A DNA stretch of 64,000 nt from Gracilinanus agilis (lineage: Eukaryota). The translations under genes and the position numbers were made by a program. The notes below the pieces were generated by a model that worked only from the letters and a program-made list of their open reading frames with translations, searched no databases and had not been told where the DNA came from. Shown one piece after another: positions 10,683 to 24,599 of the stretch (its first letter is position 1; the number at the start of each line of letters is the position of its first letter). The stretch spans positions 112,060,184 to 112,124,183 of the forward strand of contig NC_058133.1 in assembly GCF_016433145.1 (NCBI RefSeq). The letters run 5' to 3'.

Positions 10683-13570
10683 AAAAACTGACCTGTTTTC
10701 AAAAAGACCAGAACAAGAGAATAGATAAAAAAAAAAAATAAACCTCCTTCCTCATGGCTAAGAGGTGAGCAACTACAAAGGTAGAATATGATATACTTTG
10801 CTATTTTTGTTGCTTTGTCAATATAAAGGAGGGCTCAATTTATGGATGGTATTTTTCTTTCATTAATAACAGAGATGTAAAAACAAAAGGTATCAATAAA
10901 ATGCATTTTTTGAAATTGAATGTTATGGTATTTCTTAAACTTAATTTCTTATCTGTGGTAATGTTTCACAATCTCCTTCCTGAAAGGGTGAAAGGGCTGT
11001 CTTGTCATACTACATAAAGTTGCTTGGGAATCTACAAGAGTTGGTGAGTTGCATTGTTTTGTAATTTCCTGAGGTATTTATCTAGAAACCAGAGGATGCT
11101 GATAGAATTGAGAAATTTTTTAAGATATTTAAAGATTTCTCTCATTCCACTTCACCCTCTCTTCCCAACTAATGTGATATTTTTTTTCCAGGAAGCCTTC
11201 CAAGATCCCCCAATAGTGTCAGATTATTCAAAAGTGAAGAAAGGAGGCCCCACAAGAGAAAAAAGGCTATTGCATTTGAGGCTTAGGATGTTCACTGGAG
11301 ACCTCTGAATCTAATAGAATGATAAGGATGAAAGTCAAATCACATGGGTAGAGAGTGGAAGGTGAAAAGTTGTCAAGTAGAGGAATCTTTTGGAAATATT
11401 TTGATCTTGAAGGGGAGGAGAGAAATAGTAAATAACTGCATTTTATAGAAATAGGTAATGAAAAGATACTTTTTTAAAAGGTTGAGGAGATCTAAGAATT
11501 TTTATTTTTATCAGATGGGAAGGAGTTGGGAAGAAGAGATTTAAGACATATGGGGGGAAAGGCATGAGAACTGGAATCTTAGAGGAAGCAAGAGGGAATG
11601 GGACTAAGGACACAGATGGATAAGCACTAACAAAAAGTTTGGCAGAGGAAAGAGTGAGTGATAATTCTGAAAAGTTCGAAAGATTGGCCTAAGGCAGATA
11701 AGGGAGTTTATATGAGACAGGCTCAATAATTCAGTGAAATAAAAGCCTAAAGTCATGTGGGGGAAGGCAGGTGAAGGTGGTGTCTGTGGCTTGAGGAGAA
11801 AGGGATGAAATCACATCTCCTTCAAAGGATCAAAGTAAATTACTAGGTAAAACTTTTCCTTTTTTGTAGTGATGAGCCTTTCCATTTTTACTTTTATTTT
11901 TACCTTATTTCCTTGGTAGGAGTCATTTTTAAGAATTCAAGACTTTTGTGAGTTTGGAAAGGGAAAGAAAGGATTCTTCCTCACCCTGGTTAAAGAGAGG
12001 TGGTAAAAAATAAAAATAAAAATAAAGAGAGGTGGTAAGTCTATCTGTGGGCAGTATGTGGCTTGGCAGTGAAAAGAAAGCTACCCAAACTAGGGAGTAG
12101 TCAAAGAGGTCAGAGAAAGGAGAAAGAGTAGAAATGCCCAGGGAGTGACTGTACAGAAACAATTAAGGACATCCCAGAAACTGTGTCATTTCACCCTCCC
12201 CCATCTCCATGGTTACAACTACTCAAGGAGTGAAGTAATTCTTTTATTTGTTCTAAAAGAACAAGGTCTTTGAAGTCAGAATACTAGCTCAGTTATTTCC
12301 TCTACCCATGACCTTAGAAAAATCATTTCCTTTTTCTGGTTCAGTTCCCCCAAAGGCTTTCTTGCTTGCTTTAGTGTGCTGAGGTTTGATGAATGAACCT
12401 CACTATGCTATCTTCAGTGCTTTCAGAATGAAACTGCTCATCATTTTAATGTTTTTATGGCATCATTTTAAGTACCTATCTCTGAACTTTCTATAATATC
12501 ACAGAAGGTCTAGAAAACAAACTTAACATAGTATATTCCAGGTGCTATATCAGAATAGTACTATTAGAATTAGAAACTGAGGGGATATCTATCAAGTAGG
12601 GAACAGATGAAAAAGTTGTGGTAAATGATTATGATGGAATATTATTGTTCTGTAAGAAAAGATAACAGAGATGTTTTCTGAAAAACCTGGGAAGACAGGT
12701 ATGAACTGGTGCAAAGTGAAGTGACCAAGGCAACAATCTATCTGGGTAATGTTGTAAAGATAATGAAATGTAAAAGATTTACCAGTTCTGACCAATACAA
12801 TGATCCACAACAGCTCCAAAGGATTCATGAAGTAAAATGCTATCTACTTCCAGAAAGGGAATTACAGACTCAGAATACAGAATGAAGCATATTTTTTCTT
12901 TATTTTTCTTGCATTCTTTTTCAGAACATAACTAATGTGGAAATTCGCTTTGCATGATTCCATTTGTGCAGCGGGTACTGTATTCCTTGCCTTCTTAATG
13001 GGTAGGGGGAGAGAAGAAATAGGGAGAATATGGAACTAAAAATAAAAATCAAATTAAAAAAACATAATAATGCTATGATAGTCTCTCTTTTCTTTCTTGA
13101 TATAACCCAACATTTTATTGACTTTACTAATTAGACAAATGGCAGCTTGGACTGTGGTCCTTAGGAAAGAGTACATAATTAAATGGAGTGTCTTTTCTGT
13201 GCTATAATTGATAGTTCAGTGCCCCTCATCCTACAACAACACTTTAATAATTTAACTATTTAATTTTTTTATATAAGGGCACCTACTTCCCTGGAAAAAT
13301 CTTACCTCCACATGGAGCCAATACCAAATTTTATTTACATTGGGGGAGGGGCCGGTGAGATTTGAAAATCGGATTTCTGACTCTAATTGATTGTGAAACT
13401 CTGTGAGTTTGTGTATGTGCTTTCTCTTATTTGCCAGTAAAAATCTTTTGGGGCTAAGGGAAAGTCAGGAAGAAATAAATAAAGTATTCTCTGGTTTCAG
13501 TGAGAGAGTTTTATAGAGAGAAAAAAAGAATGAAACCCACACCCCAACAGCAAGGTAGCATGTTATAGGA

Positions 13571-14589
13571 CAGTGATGGTGAACCTTTTAAAGATGACTC
13601 CTGGGCCCTTCCCCCATTCCACCCCTGCGCCCTCCTCTCACCCCAGACAAGGGAGGGAGGATGTGCTCCTATTGGCTGTTGGGCAGAGGGGCAAGGGGAA
13701 GTGTGATAAATAGATCAAATTTACCTTGCCCATTCTTAAATCTAATCACCAAAAGTGTAAACAACTTCACTTAATTCTCAAGTGGGAAGGTCTGTGACCC
13801 ACGTGTGCAAAAATGGGTGACAAATCAGAATTGACTGACTGCCCCCTAGGCAGTCCTAAGAAAAGCATCTGTTGTGATTGGACACATAAACTAAGAAGAA
13901 GGCACAGGAAGTAATGAAAGAAATGGCCTGGATAAATTAAGAGAACTTCTGGGGCTCAGCCTTTTTGTTTCTTCTTGTTCATGTCTTGGATCTGAAGGAC
14001 CTCTTCTTGTTCATGACTTGGTCCTGGAGGAGCACTGGACCTGGGACCCTGAGACCTTGGTGAGACTGTTTTTAAATCTTAGAATTACATGTGGTGAGTG
14101 AAGAAGGCTGACTACCTTAGCCTCTGGAGGGGCCCTTGAGTGGGAGAAGCCCTCATGACTAAACCCCTTGTTAATTGACTTTTAGGCTCTCTGACTGGGC
14201 CTCTAGAGCCCTGCTGGAGCAAAGCCCAGACTTGAATACAAATCTAGTTTGTTAAATTAGATCTCTTACTCTACCCTCTTCTCATCTCTCTACTTCTACC
14301 CTCTCCTATATTTTGTAAATACATTACTAAAATCATTTTAGGAATTGGTATTTATTCAGTTCCTTGGTGACCACACCTTTAAATATTAATATATTCAATC
14401 AAAAAAACCCTTTTCCCTCTTACAGAAATGAGGAATGTCCCCAGGCGCACAGAGACAGGGAGGGGAACAGCCCTGTCCCAGTCCCTCTGGCTTTCTAGTA
14501 ACAAATTCAGGGGGGAACTGCAGGCATGCCCTCAGAGAGGGCTCTATGTGCCCTTTCTTGGCATGCGTGCCATAGGTTCATCATCATGG
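13571..14589. mobile_element. Non-autonomous hAT DNA transposon (MITE) copy 1, split by solo LTR
   Basis: TIR CAGTGATGGTGAACCT...AGGTTCATCATCATGG; 8-bp TSD TTATAGGA (13563-70)/TTATAGGG (14590-97). Confidence 0.85.
13704..14424 (+). mobile_element. Solo ERV LTR (721 bp) inserted into hAT MITE
   Basis: TG...CA ends; 6-bp TSD GAAGTG (13698-703)/GAAATG (14425-30); MITE sequence resumes on both sides. Confidence 0.8.
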
Positions 14590-15609
14590 TTATAGGGGAA
14601 AGACAAATGGAAGGAGTTAGAAGATATTGATTAGAATCCTAACTCTGCAATTAACTGTGTAAATAAGTAATTTCTCTCTAAGACTCAGTTTTCCTATTTG
14701 AAAAAATGGTGTGGGGACGGGAGGAAAACTGGATAGTTTCGAAGATCCTTTCCAGCTGGTATGATATATTACACATAGTAGACATTCAATTGATTGATAA
14801 AGAAATACCAGCTAATAACTGAATTTATAGACTAAGCAAAGGTACTTAGGAGTTTATGTTAGCCCCTGCCTTCCTAGATGAGGTAGGCAGCTCATCTACT
14901 CACACTCTCTCCTGAAATGAATGAGATTTCCATTCTAACACTGAAATTCTACTGAACTTTTATTTCATTAATGGCACTTAGCATAGTCTATTATTTTCTG
15001 TATTTTTCCTCTGCCTTCTGTTGGACTGTGAGATTCAGTAATATTTATCCTTTTGTCTCCTGCAGGAATTGAAAGCAATAATTCCCTTCTATTCAAAGTC
15101 ATTTTATTTTCAAGTCAATACACTCCTCACAGGTCTGATGTCAAACTGACTAGTCTCTAATTTCTGGGGACATTCTTATCCTCTACCATTATTTAAAGTT
15201 AAAATCTGTCCTTTTCCAGTTTTTAGTGAATAATCATTTACTAAAGGAGTATATATTACTTTGACTTGAATTTTTGGTCACAATTTCCTTCATCTCTGGT
15301 GAGTTAAAGCTTGAGGGCAGCTTATTCTTGATATTTTCAGTGGCTGTCTGATTTTTTTCCTGTTGATTGGCTGTTATCAACAGGCAGATGAGACCAGGAA
15401 CTCAGGGCATGGCAGCACCCTCCAGACCACTGGTCTTGCTACCAGACCAGTCCTCATAGCTTTCATCAGGAGAAGCAACTCCTATGAAAAAGGGGTTAGA
15501 CACCCCCATCAAATGGTACCCATAAGGCAGACAAACCAGCTGGGAGGTAAAAGACAGGAGGCTACATGTATGGAGCACATCTGGCCACCATCTCTGCCTT
15601 GACACGATC

Positions 15610-15884
15610 TCCCCTCAGACCTTGGTGGAAATAAACCAGAACTCTGAACCCAACAGCATTGGAAAGAGCTATGCTTGCAGCCCATTGCCCTCAGTCATCA
15701 CCCTGGGAAGCAATCTCTGTTGAGGAGCAGCCTAGCAACTATTCCTATAGATGCTACAGCCATAATTAACAAAGATCCATAAAAGATAACTCTTGCCATC
15801 AAAGTCCTTGACACTGTCAAATGGTTCACCATCAGAAACTGATATGATTTTATCAGTGGAAATAGCATTGAAGAAGAGGCATTT
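15610..15884 (+). pseudogene. Decayed processed pseudogene fragment of a Y-box cold-shock-domain gene (best resembles YBX3)
   Basis: 15792-15884 reads LAIKVLDTVKWFTIRN*YDFISGNSIEEEAF versus Y-box [31 protein letters not shown]. In-frame TGA; no introns. Upstream ~180 nt only weakly resembles the Ala/Pro-rich N-terminus. Confidence 0.8.
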
Positions 15885-17321
15885 TCATCTGCTTTGCCCC
15901 TGTATCTTAAGAACTTGGAGTATTCCACCCGACTTGTAGTTAAAACCTTCCCTAAGTGTTGTCTCCCCTATTAGAATGGGAGTTTCTTGAGAGCAGGGGC
16001 TGTCTGACTTATTCATTATTTATATTATTTATTTATATTTATACTTATGTTATTCATTATTTGTATCCCCAGCAATTTCTATAGTGCTTTGCCCACCATA
16101 GGCACTTACTAAATACTTCACTTCTTTCCTTCACTGTCCTAGATACTGTGAGGATCAAAGAAGTCAATATTGCCCCTGCCTTTAAGGAATGTATAATCTA
16201 CTTTCTCACAAATAATGATTCATTACTAAGTTGTCATGCAGTCTTTAGTCCTGTTCTGACTTAGCAAGGATACTCAAGTGGTTTGCCATTTCTTTCTCCA
16301 GTGGATTCTGTGAAAAGTTAATATTAATCAGTAGCCCTTTTTGGCACCCCAAGACAACCTTTGAATTTTAAAGGAGAAAACGTTTGATTTTAAGACTGAA
16401 GCTATCAATTTGCTTCTTCCCCCTTGCTGAAGCAAGGTGGAGACAAGTTATTTTTTTATTTGCACACAAGCCTCTGGGGTAGTGAAGCAATTAAATAAGA
16501 TAGAGCCATGGGGATGAGAAGAGTACATGTGAACTGATGGTGACTCCTGATGTCCAGAAGCTTCTAGTCTGGACTGAGGTAAGAGTCCTACAATCAAAGA
16601 GGCTTGGGAAAGTGACATCCCAAAGAGCACAAATTGGCGGAAGGGAAGGAAATTGTCCTTTCCTTGGAATCCTGAACCAAGGAAGCATGTGGTCTAGCTC
16701 AGGGATGGTGAGGGGGAGACAGCTAAGAGAGTAGCCAATCACACATAGCTAGTTCCTTTTCTTTCTGGCTTGTTTTATTATTATTTAATTAATAAAATGT
16801 ATAAAAAGTATAAATAAATACATTTATTTTAGAATTTATTGTATGAATTTATTGTATTTAATGAGTTATAAATTTGATAAACCGCTTTATAAATTTATTG
16901 AATTTATTTTACAAATGTATTATATATTTACAAATAAATTTAATAAATAATTATAAATTAAGATATGGTTTCCAGAGAATTTTAGTCATAACAATCCAGT
17001 AGATCCTCAGAGGTAAAGTGACTTGCCAGGGGTCACATAGCTAGGAAGTATCTGAGGTCATATTTGAACTCAGGCCTTCCTGACTCCAAGCTCAGTACTC
17101 TATCCATTGAGCCACTTAGCTGCCTCCTAGGTATACAGAGGTTAAGTGACTTGCCCAGGGAGGCTGGATTTGAACTTGAGTCTCCCTGATTCTAGGAACT
17201 CTAACCACTAAGCCCCAGCTACCACTATCCTGATTTAAAGTAGCACCTTTTAAATACCATGGGGCAAATGTCATTAGTCCCTATTGATTTTGTGTGTTTC
17301 CTCAATTTCTTTTTGTATTTT

Positions 17322-17518
17322 TTTAATTTATTTTTTATTTTAAACCCTTAACTTCTGTGTATTGACTTATAGGTGGAAGAGTGGTAAGGGTAGGCAATGG
17401 GGGTCAAGTGACTTGTCCAGGGTCACACAGCTGGGAAGTGTCTGAGGCCAGATTTGAACCTAGGGCCTCCTATCTCTAGGCCTGGTTCTCAATCCACTGA
17501 GCTACCCAGCTGCCCCCC
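17322..17518 (-). mobile_element. Young SINE1_Mdo-type SINE
   Basis: Near-identical to 1519-1711; 14-bp TSD TCTTTTTGTATTTT (17308-21/17519-32). Confidence 0.92.
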
Positions 17519-20500
17519 TCTTTTTGTATTTTAAATTGGCTTTTTCAGTCTTTCCTAGCAACCAGGACTTTCTTTAGTCTTTTGAACATTTTGGATTACT
17601 TGATGAATAACAACTGCTTCAATAGGGCCAAAGATGCCAGTCTCCACCCTTTTTTTTGCATTTTGCCTTTAGTTGTTATCATCTATTCCAGGTTATATGG
17701 CAGAAGATGGGAACCTAAAAAGGAGAAGCAATGGAGGAGAAGAGACAGAGGAACCACATACTTATCCAGTTGTCCTGTCTTGGCCTGGGCTTTCCTGGGC
17801 AATGGATCCAGGCAAGCAAAGATAGAATGCATATTCCTTCAATCAGAAGGCAAGATGTTTTTCCTAAGCCACACTAACAATGATTCACCAGGATCAAAAA
17901 AGATGTTTAGACCAAAAACTAGGACAGGGGGCTCCAAGAAGTGCTTCTCTGTGTCAGACTGGTTGGAGATAGAACACTAGCTTTTTCTAACTCCTTAATT
18001 CTAGTTCCTTCTCTTTTTTAATTATTTGCCATTTATCCTGTATATAACTTGTTTATACATATTGTTTTCTTCTCTCCCATTGGAGTGTGCATTTCTTGAG
18101 GACAGGGATTGTCTTTCACCTTGTTTGATTTTTTTTAACACCCTCTCTTCCCCCTTCCCCAAGATGCAACAAATTCCTGGAACCTAGTGGGCACTTAATA
18201 AATGTTTATTGTCTGACGAGGACACAAACAAAAGTAGTTGGTTGTTATAAAATTTTTCCCCTAAGCAATCTTAAACTGTTAATCATTCTTGAAGTTTTAT
18301 GAAAATAGGAGTTTCTGCATGTGTCAAAGGGAAAGCCAAGATAGAAATTGAATAAATTTCAATCTACAGGGTTAAAAACACATTGAATCATCCAATAGGA
18401 AAGGATACTACTTTTAAAAGGAAAGCAAATTCCCAAGTATGTCAAGGGCATCTGCAAAAAATATCTCATTTGCTGTAAGTACTTCCATCCATTTCTTCAC
18501 TGCATACTTATTGTAGGCTAACCCTCTGGTGCTCTTACATTAGCGTTTCTTTCAATAGTAATGCCTTTTTCGATGGGAGTTTGAAAATTCTGCTTTGTTC
18601 ATGATAGAAGAGAAAAATAAGAAGATGGTATAAAGGAAACTCTTTTGGATTTTCAATCCTTTAGCAAATTCTTTCTTGAGAAGAGTTTGAAAGATTCCTA
18701 AATTCGTAATTTTAGTCTGATGCCATCCCAACTGTCAAAAGAAGTTTCTAATGATTATATAAAGGGACAGCAAGGTAGTATAACAGATAAAACACTAGCC
18801 CCAGAGCAGGGTCTGGAGGACCTGGGTTCAAATCTGACCTCAGATATTTCCTATACTTCCTATTTGTGTGACCCTGAGTAAGTAGCTTAATCCTAACTGC
18901 CTAGCCCATGTCAATTTGTTTTAATTTCCCCACTAAATTCAACAGATCCAGGGCATCAGAAAAACACAGTTTTTAAGATTATTTTATATACTGATAGGCC
19001 AAGGTTCTTAAAGGCTTAAAATACCTTCAGTATGAGGTCTTCCTAGAATAAATGTCTATAACTCATATTTCCTTGTTTATTTAAAGATTACGGTGTTATG
19101 TTGCTATGATGCTAGTTACTAGATGTTATCATCCTATTAGAGACACAGTTCAATGAACATTACTTTGAAAGGGCTCTTTTGCCTTTGATTTTCAAATGAA
19201 GAGAGAAGTAAATTTCAAGAAGTTAGATAAAGAATCAGAACATTATGAAGCTATATTAACAAATTATTGAAGGTTGTAAGTAGGTTTTCTATTCAGTTTT
19301 CAGAGCCTATTCCTCATGGATGATAGATCATAAGAATTCAAGCTAAAAGAACCTCAGAGATCTCATGGAATTTTATCCCTGTATTTTACAGATGAAGAAA
19401 GTTGGGCTCAGAGAGATGAAGTGACAAAGGTCACTTGTAGAGAGCCATAAATAAGCAGTTTAATCTGTAAATCCTATCAGATCCAGCAAAAGCTGATGAT
19501 TATAACTAATTGATGGCTCCTTTCATTATTAAAAGTTTTCCTGTGTAATAAATAATTTTAATTTAAAGGGGGAAATATGTGGGAAGCCAATAAGAGAATA
19601 GATAAAAATCTGAGACTCCTCTTTTGACCCCTTTTTTGATCCTTGTGATTTCTTGTTGAAAAGTATTGTGGCCTTATTGAAAAGCTTTAAGTTCCTAGCA
19701 AACCAGAACATTCTTCCCCTTTTGGTCAGGAATGCAGCCAAGGCCGAAACCTTAGTTTAGCTGGGGCATTTGCCCCTGAGAAAAGTATTCTCAGACTTGG
19801 CTTGGTGATAACAAATATAGCTGAATGCCCAGCCTAGTTCTTATCTTCACCTTGAAGCTTCTAAGCCAATTGTATTATCTATGTTAAAAATGCGGCTCTG
19901 CCCAGCTGTGGGAAACTTTCCTTGTGCTTTTGGGTGAAAGGGAGTTTGAATTTCTTATATAATAAACTTGTGACTCAATGGCACTTCGGAGAAGCAGCTA
20001 TGAGTTAACAGTCAAGATCATCTCCCGGGTCCAGTTATTTCCTTGTCAACTTTATCAGATTATCGGAGATGATAGATCTTGAGAGTCACAGAGCACATAT
20101 CTCAGTCAGGACTTGAACTGAGACATTTTTGACTCCTGTTATCAATATCTTCTATGCCAGCTATTTTCAAAGTGTAGTCTGGGAAATCCTTGAAGTCCCT
20201 GAGGTCCTTTCAGGGGATCTATGAGGTCAAAATTCTTTTCATAACAATATTAAGACATTTTAATTTCTAATATGATAAATATCAAGCTATAATCCATAGA
20301 GACAAGAGCTCTTTGGGGGAGAGGCGTGGTGCACAATAATTTAAGAACATAAAGGAATCTTATGACCAAAAAGACTGAGAACTGCTATTCTACACCATGC
20401 TACTGCCAAGTAGTAGACAAAGATTAGCATGGGAATTAACTTGACACTAAGCAATATCTGCATTTCTAATATACCCACATATTTCATTACATTGACAAGG

Positions 20501-21994
20501 TTTGTTGATACTTGCTCTTCATCTCTCATCCTTCTGTTTATTTCTGGGGTGAGCTCCTTGTCCACTGGCAATACCTATCCAAGGACAACTGAATGGCTAT
20601 CTGTTGTAATCTGAACAACATTCATTATTAATCCATTTGTTTTTTACTAGGGGAATTGCTAAGTGAGATTGACATTAATCCATTTATCACTACATAGGGT
20701 CTAGCCATTCAGTCAGTTGTGAATTCACCTTTTTGATCCTTACCAAGTTCACATTTCCTCACCTTATTCATGAGGATTTTGTGAAAGCCTTTTGTGAAAG
20801 AATTTTGTAAAAAAAACTTTACTGAAATCCAGAGAAATTATGTGATAGGAGCTATACTAACAAGGATATCTTCCACATGGACTAAACAAGTTTTTTTTTT
20901 CCTTAAAAATGTAGGAAAAATACACAGTAGTTATTGTCCATAGCAACTTGGTGTTTGATCTGCCCAAAGATCCAAGATCTGGGGGAAAGAACTCATTATT
21001 TGATTAAAAAAAAAAAAAAACTCTGGGAAAACTGGAAAACTATAACAGAAACTAGGCATAGATCAATATACCACATATCAGAAAAAAGTAAAAATGGATA
21101 CTTGATCTAGAAATAAAGGATGACAACATAAACAAATTAGGGGTACATGAAAACGTTTACCTGTCAGACTTATGGATAAGAGAAGAATTTAAAACCAAAC
21201 AAAATTTAGAGAACATTACAAAAAATTAAATGGATAATTTTCATTACAAAAGTTAGGGAAGCTATTTCTGAGACTTAATTGGTTTAAAGGACTAAAACTC
21301 AAAATGATGATATAGCTTCTTGGATATTTGGGGCACAAAAAAGTGAACCCACAGAGTCAGTGCCCCTCAGACTGGAAGGCTATTCCACTGCCATTCTAGT
21401 AACTATACCCATTTGACATGTTGACCTTCTGATTTTTTTTAAAACCCTTACCTTCTGTCTGAGGATAGATACTAAGTATCAGTTATAAAACAAGAATTAT
21501 AAGGACTAGGCAACTGGGATTAAGTGACTTGCCCAGGGTCACACAGCTAGAAAGTGTCTAAATTGAGATTAGAACCCAGGACCTCCTGTCTCCAGGCCTG
21601 ACTTTCTATCCACTGAGTCACTGTGTTGCCCTAACCAAATACATTTCTATGCATCTATGGAGATAAGAGGGGCTGTATCTACCTAAACTGGTACTAGTTC
21701 CTTGCTAAGTATCCTTCCCAAAAGAAGAAAATGTCATTGCCCAGTGAAAGGTACTTATAAAGACAGCTAGAAGGCACCATAGTACACAGAGCACTAGGCC
21801 TAGAGTCAGGAAGATGAGTTCAAGTCCAGCCTCAGACACGTATTAGCTATATGACCTTGAGCAAGTCACTTAACTTCTGTTTGCCTCACTTTCCTCAACT
21901 GTAAAATTGGGATCATAATAGTACCTACCTTCTGGGATTATTGTGAGGATCAAATGAGATAAGAACTAGCACAAACTAAATGCTACATAAGTGT

Positions 21995-21996
21995 TA

Positions 21997-22037
<41 letters not shown>
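21995..22037. repeat. (TTA)n microsatellite at SINE tail
   Basis: Direct reading; source of the poly-N tail of ORF 21997-22305. Confidence 0.93.
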
Positions 22038-22038
<1 letters not shown>

Positions 22039-23676
22039 AAGTAGGGAAACTGTTCCTGTTCCTGAGGACCCTGTAGTCCATCCCCAGAAGACAAGTATAC
22101 ACACGAGATAGAAAGCAAGCTCTATTTGTGGGCGCACATTAGCAGTATGCATGATCAGTAAGGGCGTCTGAATTGAACTTTGAAGGAAACTAGAGATTTT
22201 AGAGACAGAGGTAAGGAAGGAGGACATTTCAGGCAGGGATACCATATCTTTATCATTAAATCTTTTTGAATAATCTTCAGAGCCATATTTATCTTCCAAC
22301 ATCATTCAGTTTTAATTCTGAATGTTTTAATTTATCTAGGATTCTCACAGTCTTGTTATAAATTATTGGAATATAGCCTCCACATGAAGATACTTCTCAT
22401 TTATTAAAGCTGTCTGAAATCTGTTAGGTTATTAACCTGTTATTCATATTAGGCTTCAAAGCAAACACAACCCTCCCATACACACACATGCATACATACA
22501 CACACCTCTAGACAGCCTATAATGTTCTGTGACTGATTTACTCACCAACTAAAGAAGAGATTACAAACCTCAAAAATACTAAGAGCAAAAAGGTTTAATG
22601 GCATGCATTAACATTTTTGGAGAAAAATAAATATGTTAAATTTATTTTTAGGAGGCAGCTAGGGGGCTCAGTGGAGAGAGAGCTGGACCTGGAGTCTAGA
22701 AGACCTAATTGAGTTGGATTCCATTCTCAGACACTTATCTGTGCAAGTCACTTTACCTCTCCCTGCCTTAATCTACTGGAGAAGGAAACGGCAAAACACT
22801 CTGGTTATCTGCCAGGAAGACTCCATGGACAGTATAGTCCACAGAGTCACAAAAGATCAGACACAATGAATGACTGATGAACAATTAAAATCTATTTCAG
22901 GTACTGAATGGTGCTTGCCAAGCTACAGCTGATGGCTGCCTATTGTAGAGAGGGTCTGATCTTCATTGGTACATGGAGTGTTCGCAGGTCCAGCCCAAAG
23001 AGAAAAATAAATTCTCCAGTGCCTAGCACAATGCTCTATGCAGGTTTATGATAAGCTTTTCATTAATGGCTGCTGAAATAGAATATTAGAGATGAATTGT
23101 AGTTTTTTTTTTTGATTCAAGATATGATTTCTGCCCATTATTTTGTAAATCAGAAGAGTACATAAATTTGTTGTCAGTTCTACCCTTTGTAACATGTCAT
23201 GGCTATGGCTCTCTTTCTCTCCTCTAAGTGTTGGAGGCTGAATTCCAACTCAGGTCTTCCTGACTCCAGGCCCAGTGCTCAACCCACTGAACCACTTAAC
23301 TGCCCCTGCACATTACTTATGTACTTCCAAATTAATTTTTCAAAAGTACTGTTTCAGCAATCCATGCTCTATCTCTGTCACTTCTCCATTTAAAGAGGTC
23401 CTTTGTCTAAAGACTAAAATCTGAACACCTGAGGCTAGCATATAACACCCCTCAATAATCTTATTTCAACCTTATTTTTCAACCTCAAATCTTCTGTTCA
23501 AACCAGGCTGTTTTTCTTAGTATATCACAAATATCCCTTATTCTTTTCATTTTATGCCCCCACATTTACGCTCCCTATGATCCAAACTATGGTTTCCTGA
23601 TATTACTCTGAAGGCTCTCCTGGCATTTGGGTGGGTCATTCTGTGCCTGGAACATACTCCCTCCATATCTCTTCCG

Positions 23677-23738
23677 ATGATCTCTCATCCTTTAAGGCCT
23701 AACCCAAATGATCTCTCATCCTTTAAGGCCCAGCCCAG
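23677..23738. repeat. 31-bp tandem duplication
   Basis: ATGATCTCTCATCCTTTAAGGCCTAACCCAA / ATGATCTCTCATCCTTTAAGGCCCAGCCCAG (3 mismatches). Confidence 0.9.
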
Positions 23739-24599
23739 ATTTGACCGGCTCCAGACAGCCATCCCTTATTTTCCTCACATGAAAAAAAGCTGTCCTAAAA
23801 TTTCTTAGAGTACTTTTAGTTCCTTCCTTTGCCATTATCACATTCTGCATAAAAAAATAATTTGCTATCTCAATATATGTATAACTCAGATCAAATTGCT
23901 TACCAGCTCTGGGAAGGGGGAGGGAAAAGGAAAGAGACAATTTGGATTGATAACTTCAGAAAAATTATGTGGAAAATTGTTTATATGTAACTGATAAAAT
24001 TAAAATAGCTTCACAAAAGAATACAAAAAGTTTGTTATCTCTAAGTAAGTTAGTACACCATTTCCGCATTTTAATCCCTTTCCAATTTAGACTTAATCCC
24101 AGTCCCTACCCTTCTCGGGATCTCTCTTTCCACTGTCTGCATCTTTTACTTTATCATGAATGAACTCTTAAGTCATGATCTCTCTCATCCCTGACTCCCC
24201 TTTTTTTAGCCTGACAGGATTTAAAATTTTTTAATTTGAATTTACAAGCATTTGTCTCTTCTCTCAGATTCTCTCATGTTTTCTCACTTTCTTTCTCCTC
24301 ACTTCTACCTCCTCTTAATTTTCTACTAGGGAGGGAAGAAGGGGAACATGAAAAAAAGCCCCTTTTAACGAATATCCATAGCCAGATAAAAGAAATTCCC
24401 ATATTGACCATATCTAAAAATGTGAGTCAGCTTGCATATTGAGTCTATCACTTCTCTGTCAGGAGGCAAGTAGTATTTTTCATCATTCGTCCTCTGGAAT
24501 CATGGCTGATCATTGCCTCAGTCAGGGTTAAATGTCTCACAGTCATTTGCTATGGTAGTCACAGACATCTAACTTTTTCCAATATAGACTACTCCTTTT

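Noticed and set aside
17582-17980. 132-aa ORF with an internal acceptor-like site
   Set aside because: TTG start, no recognisable domain, no downstream donor or partner exons.
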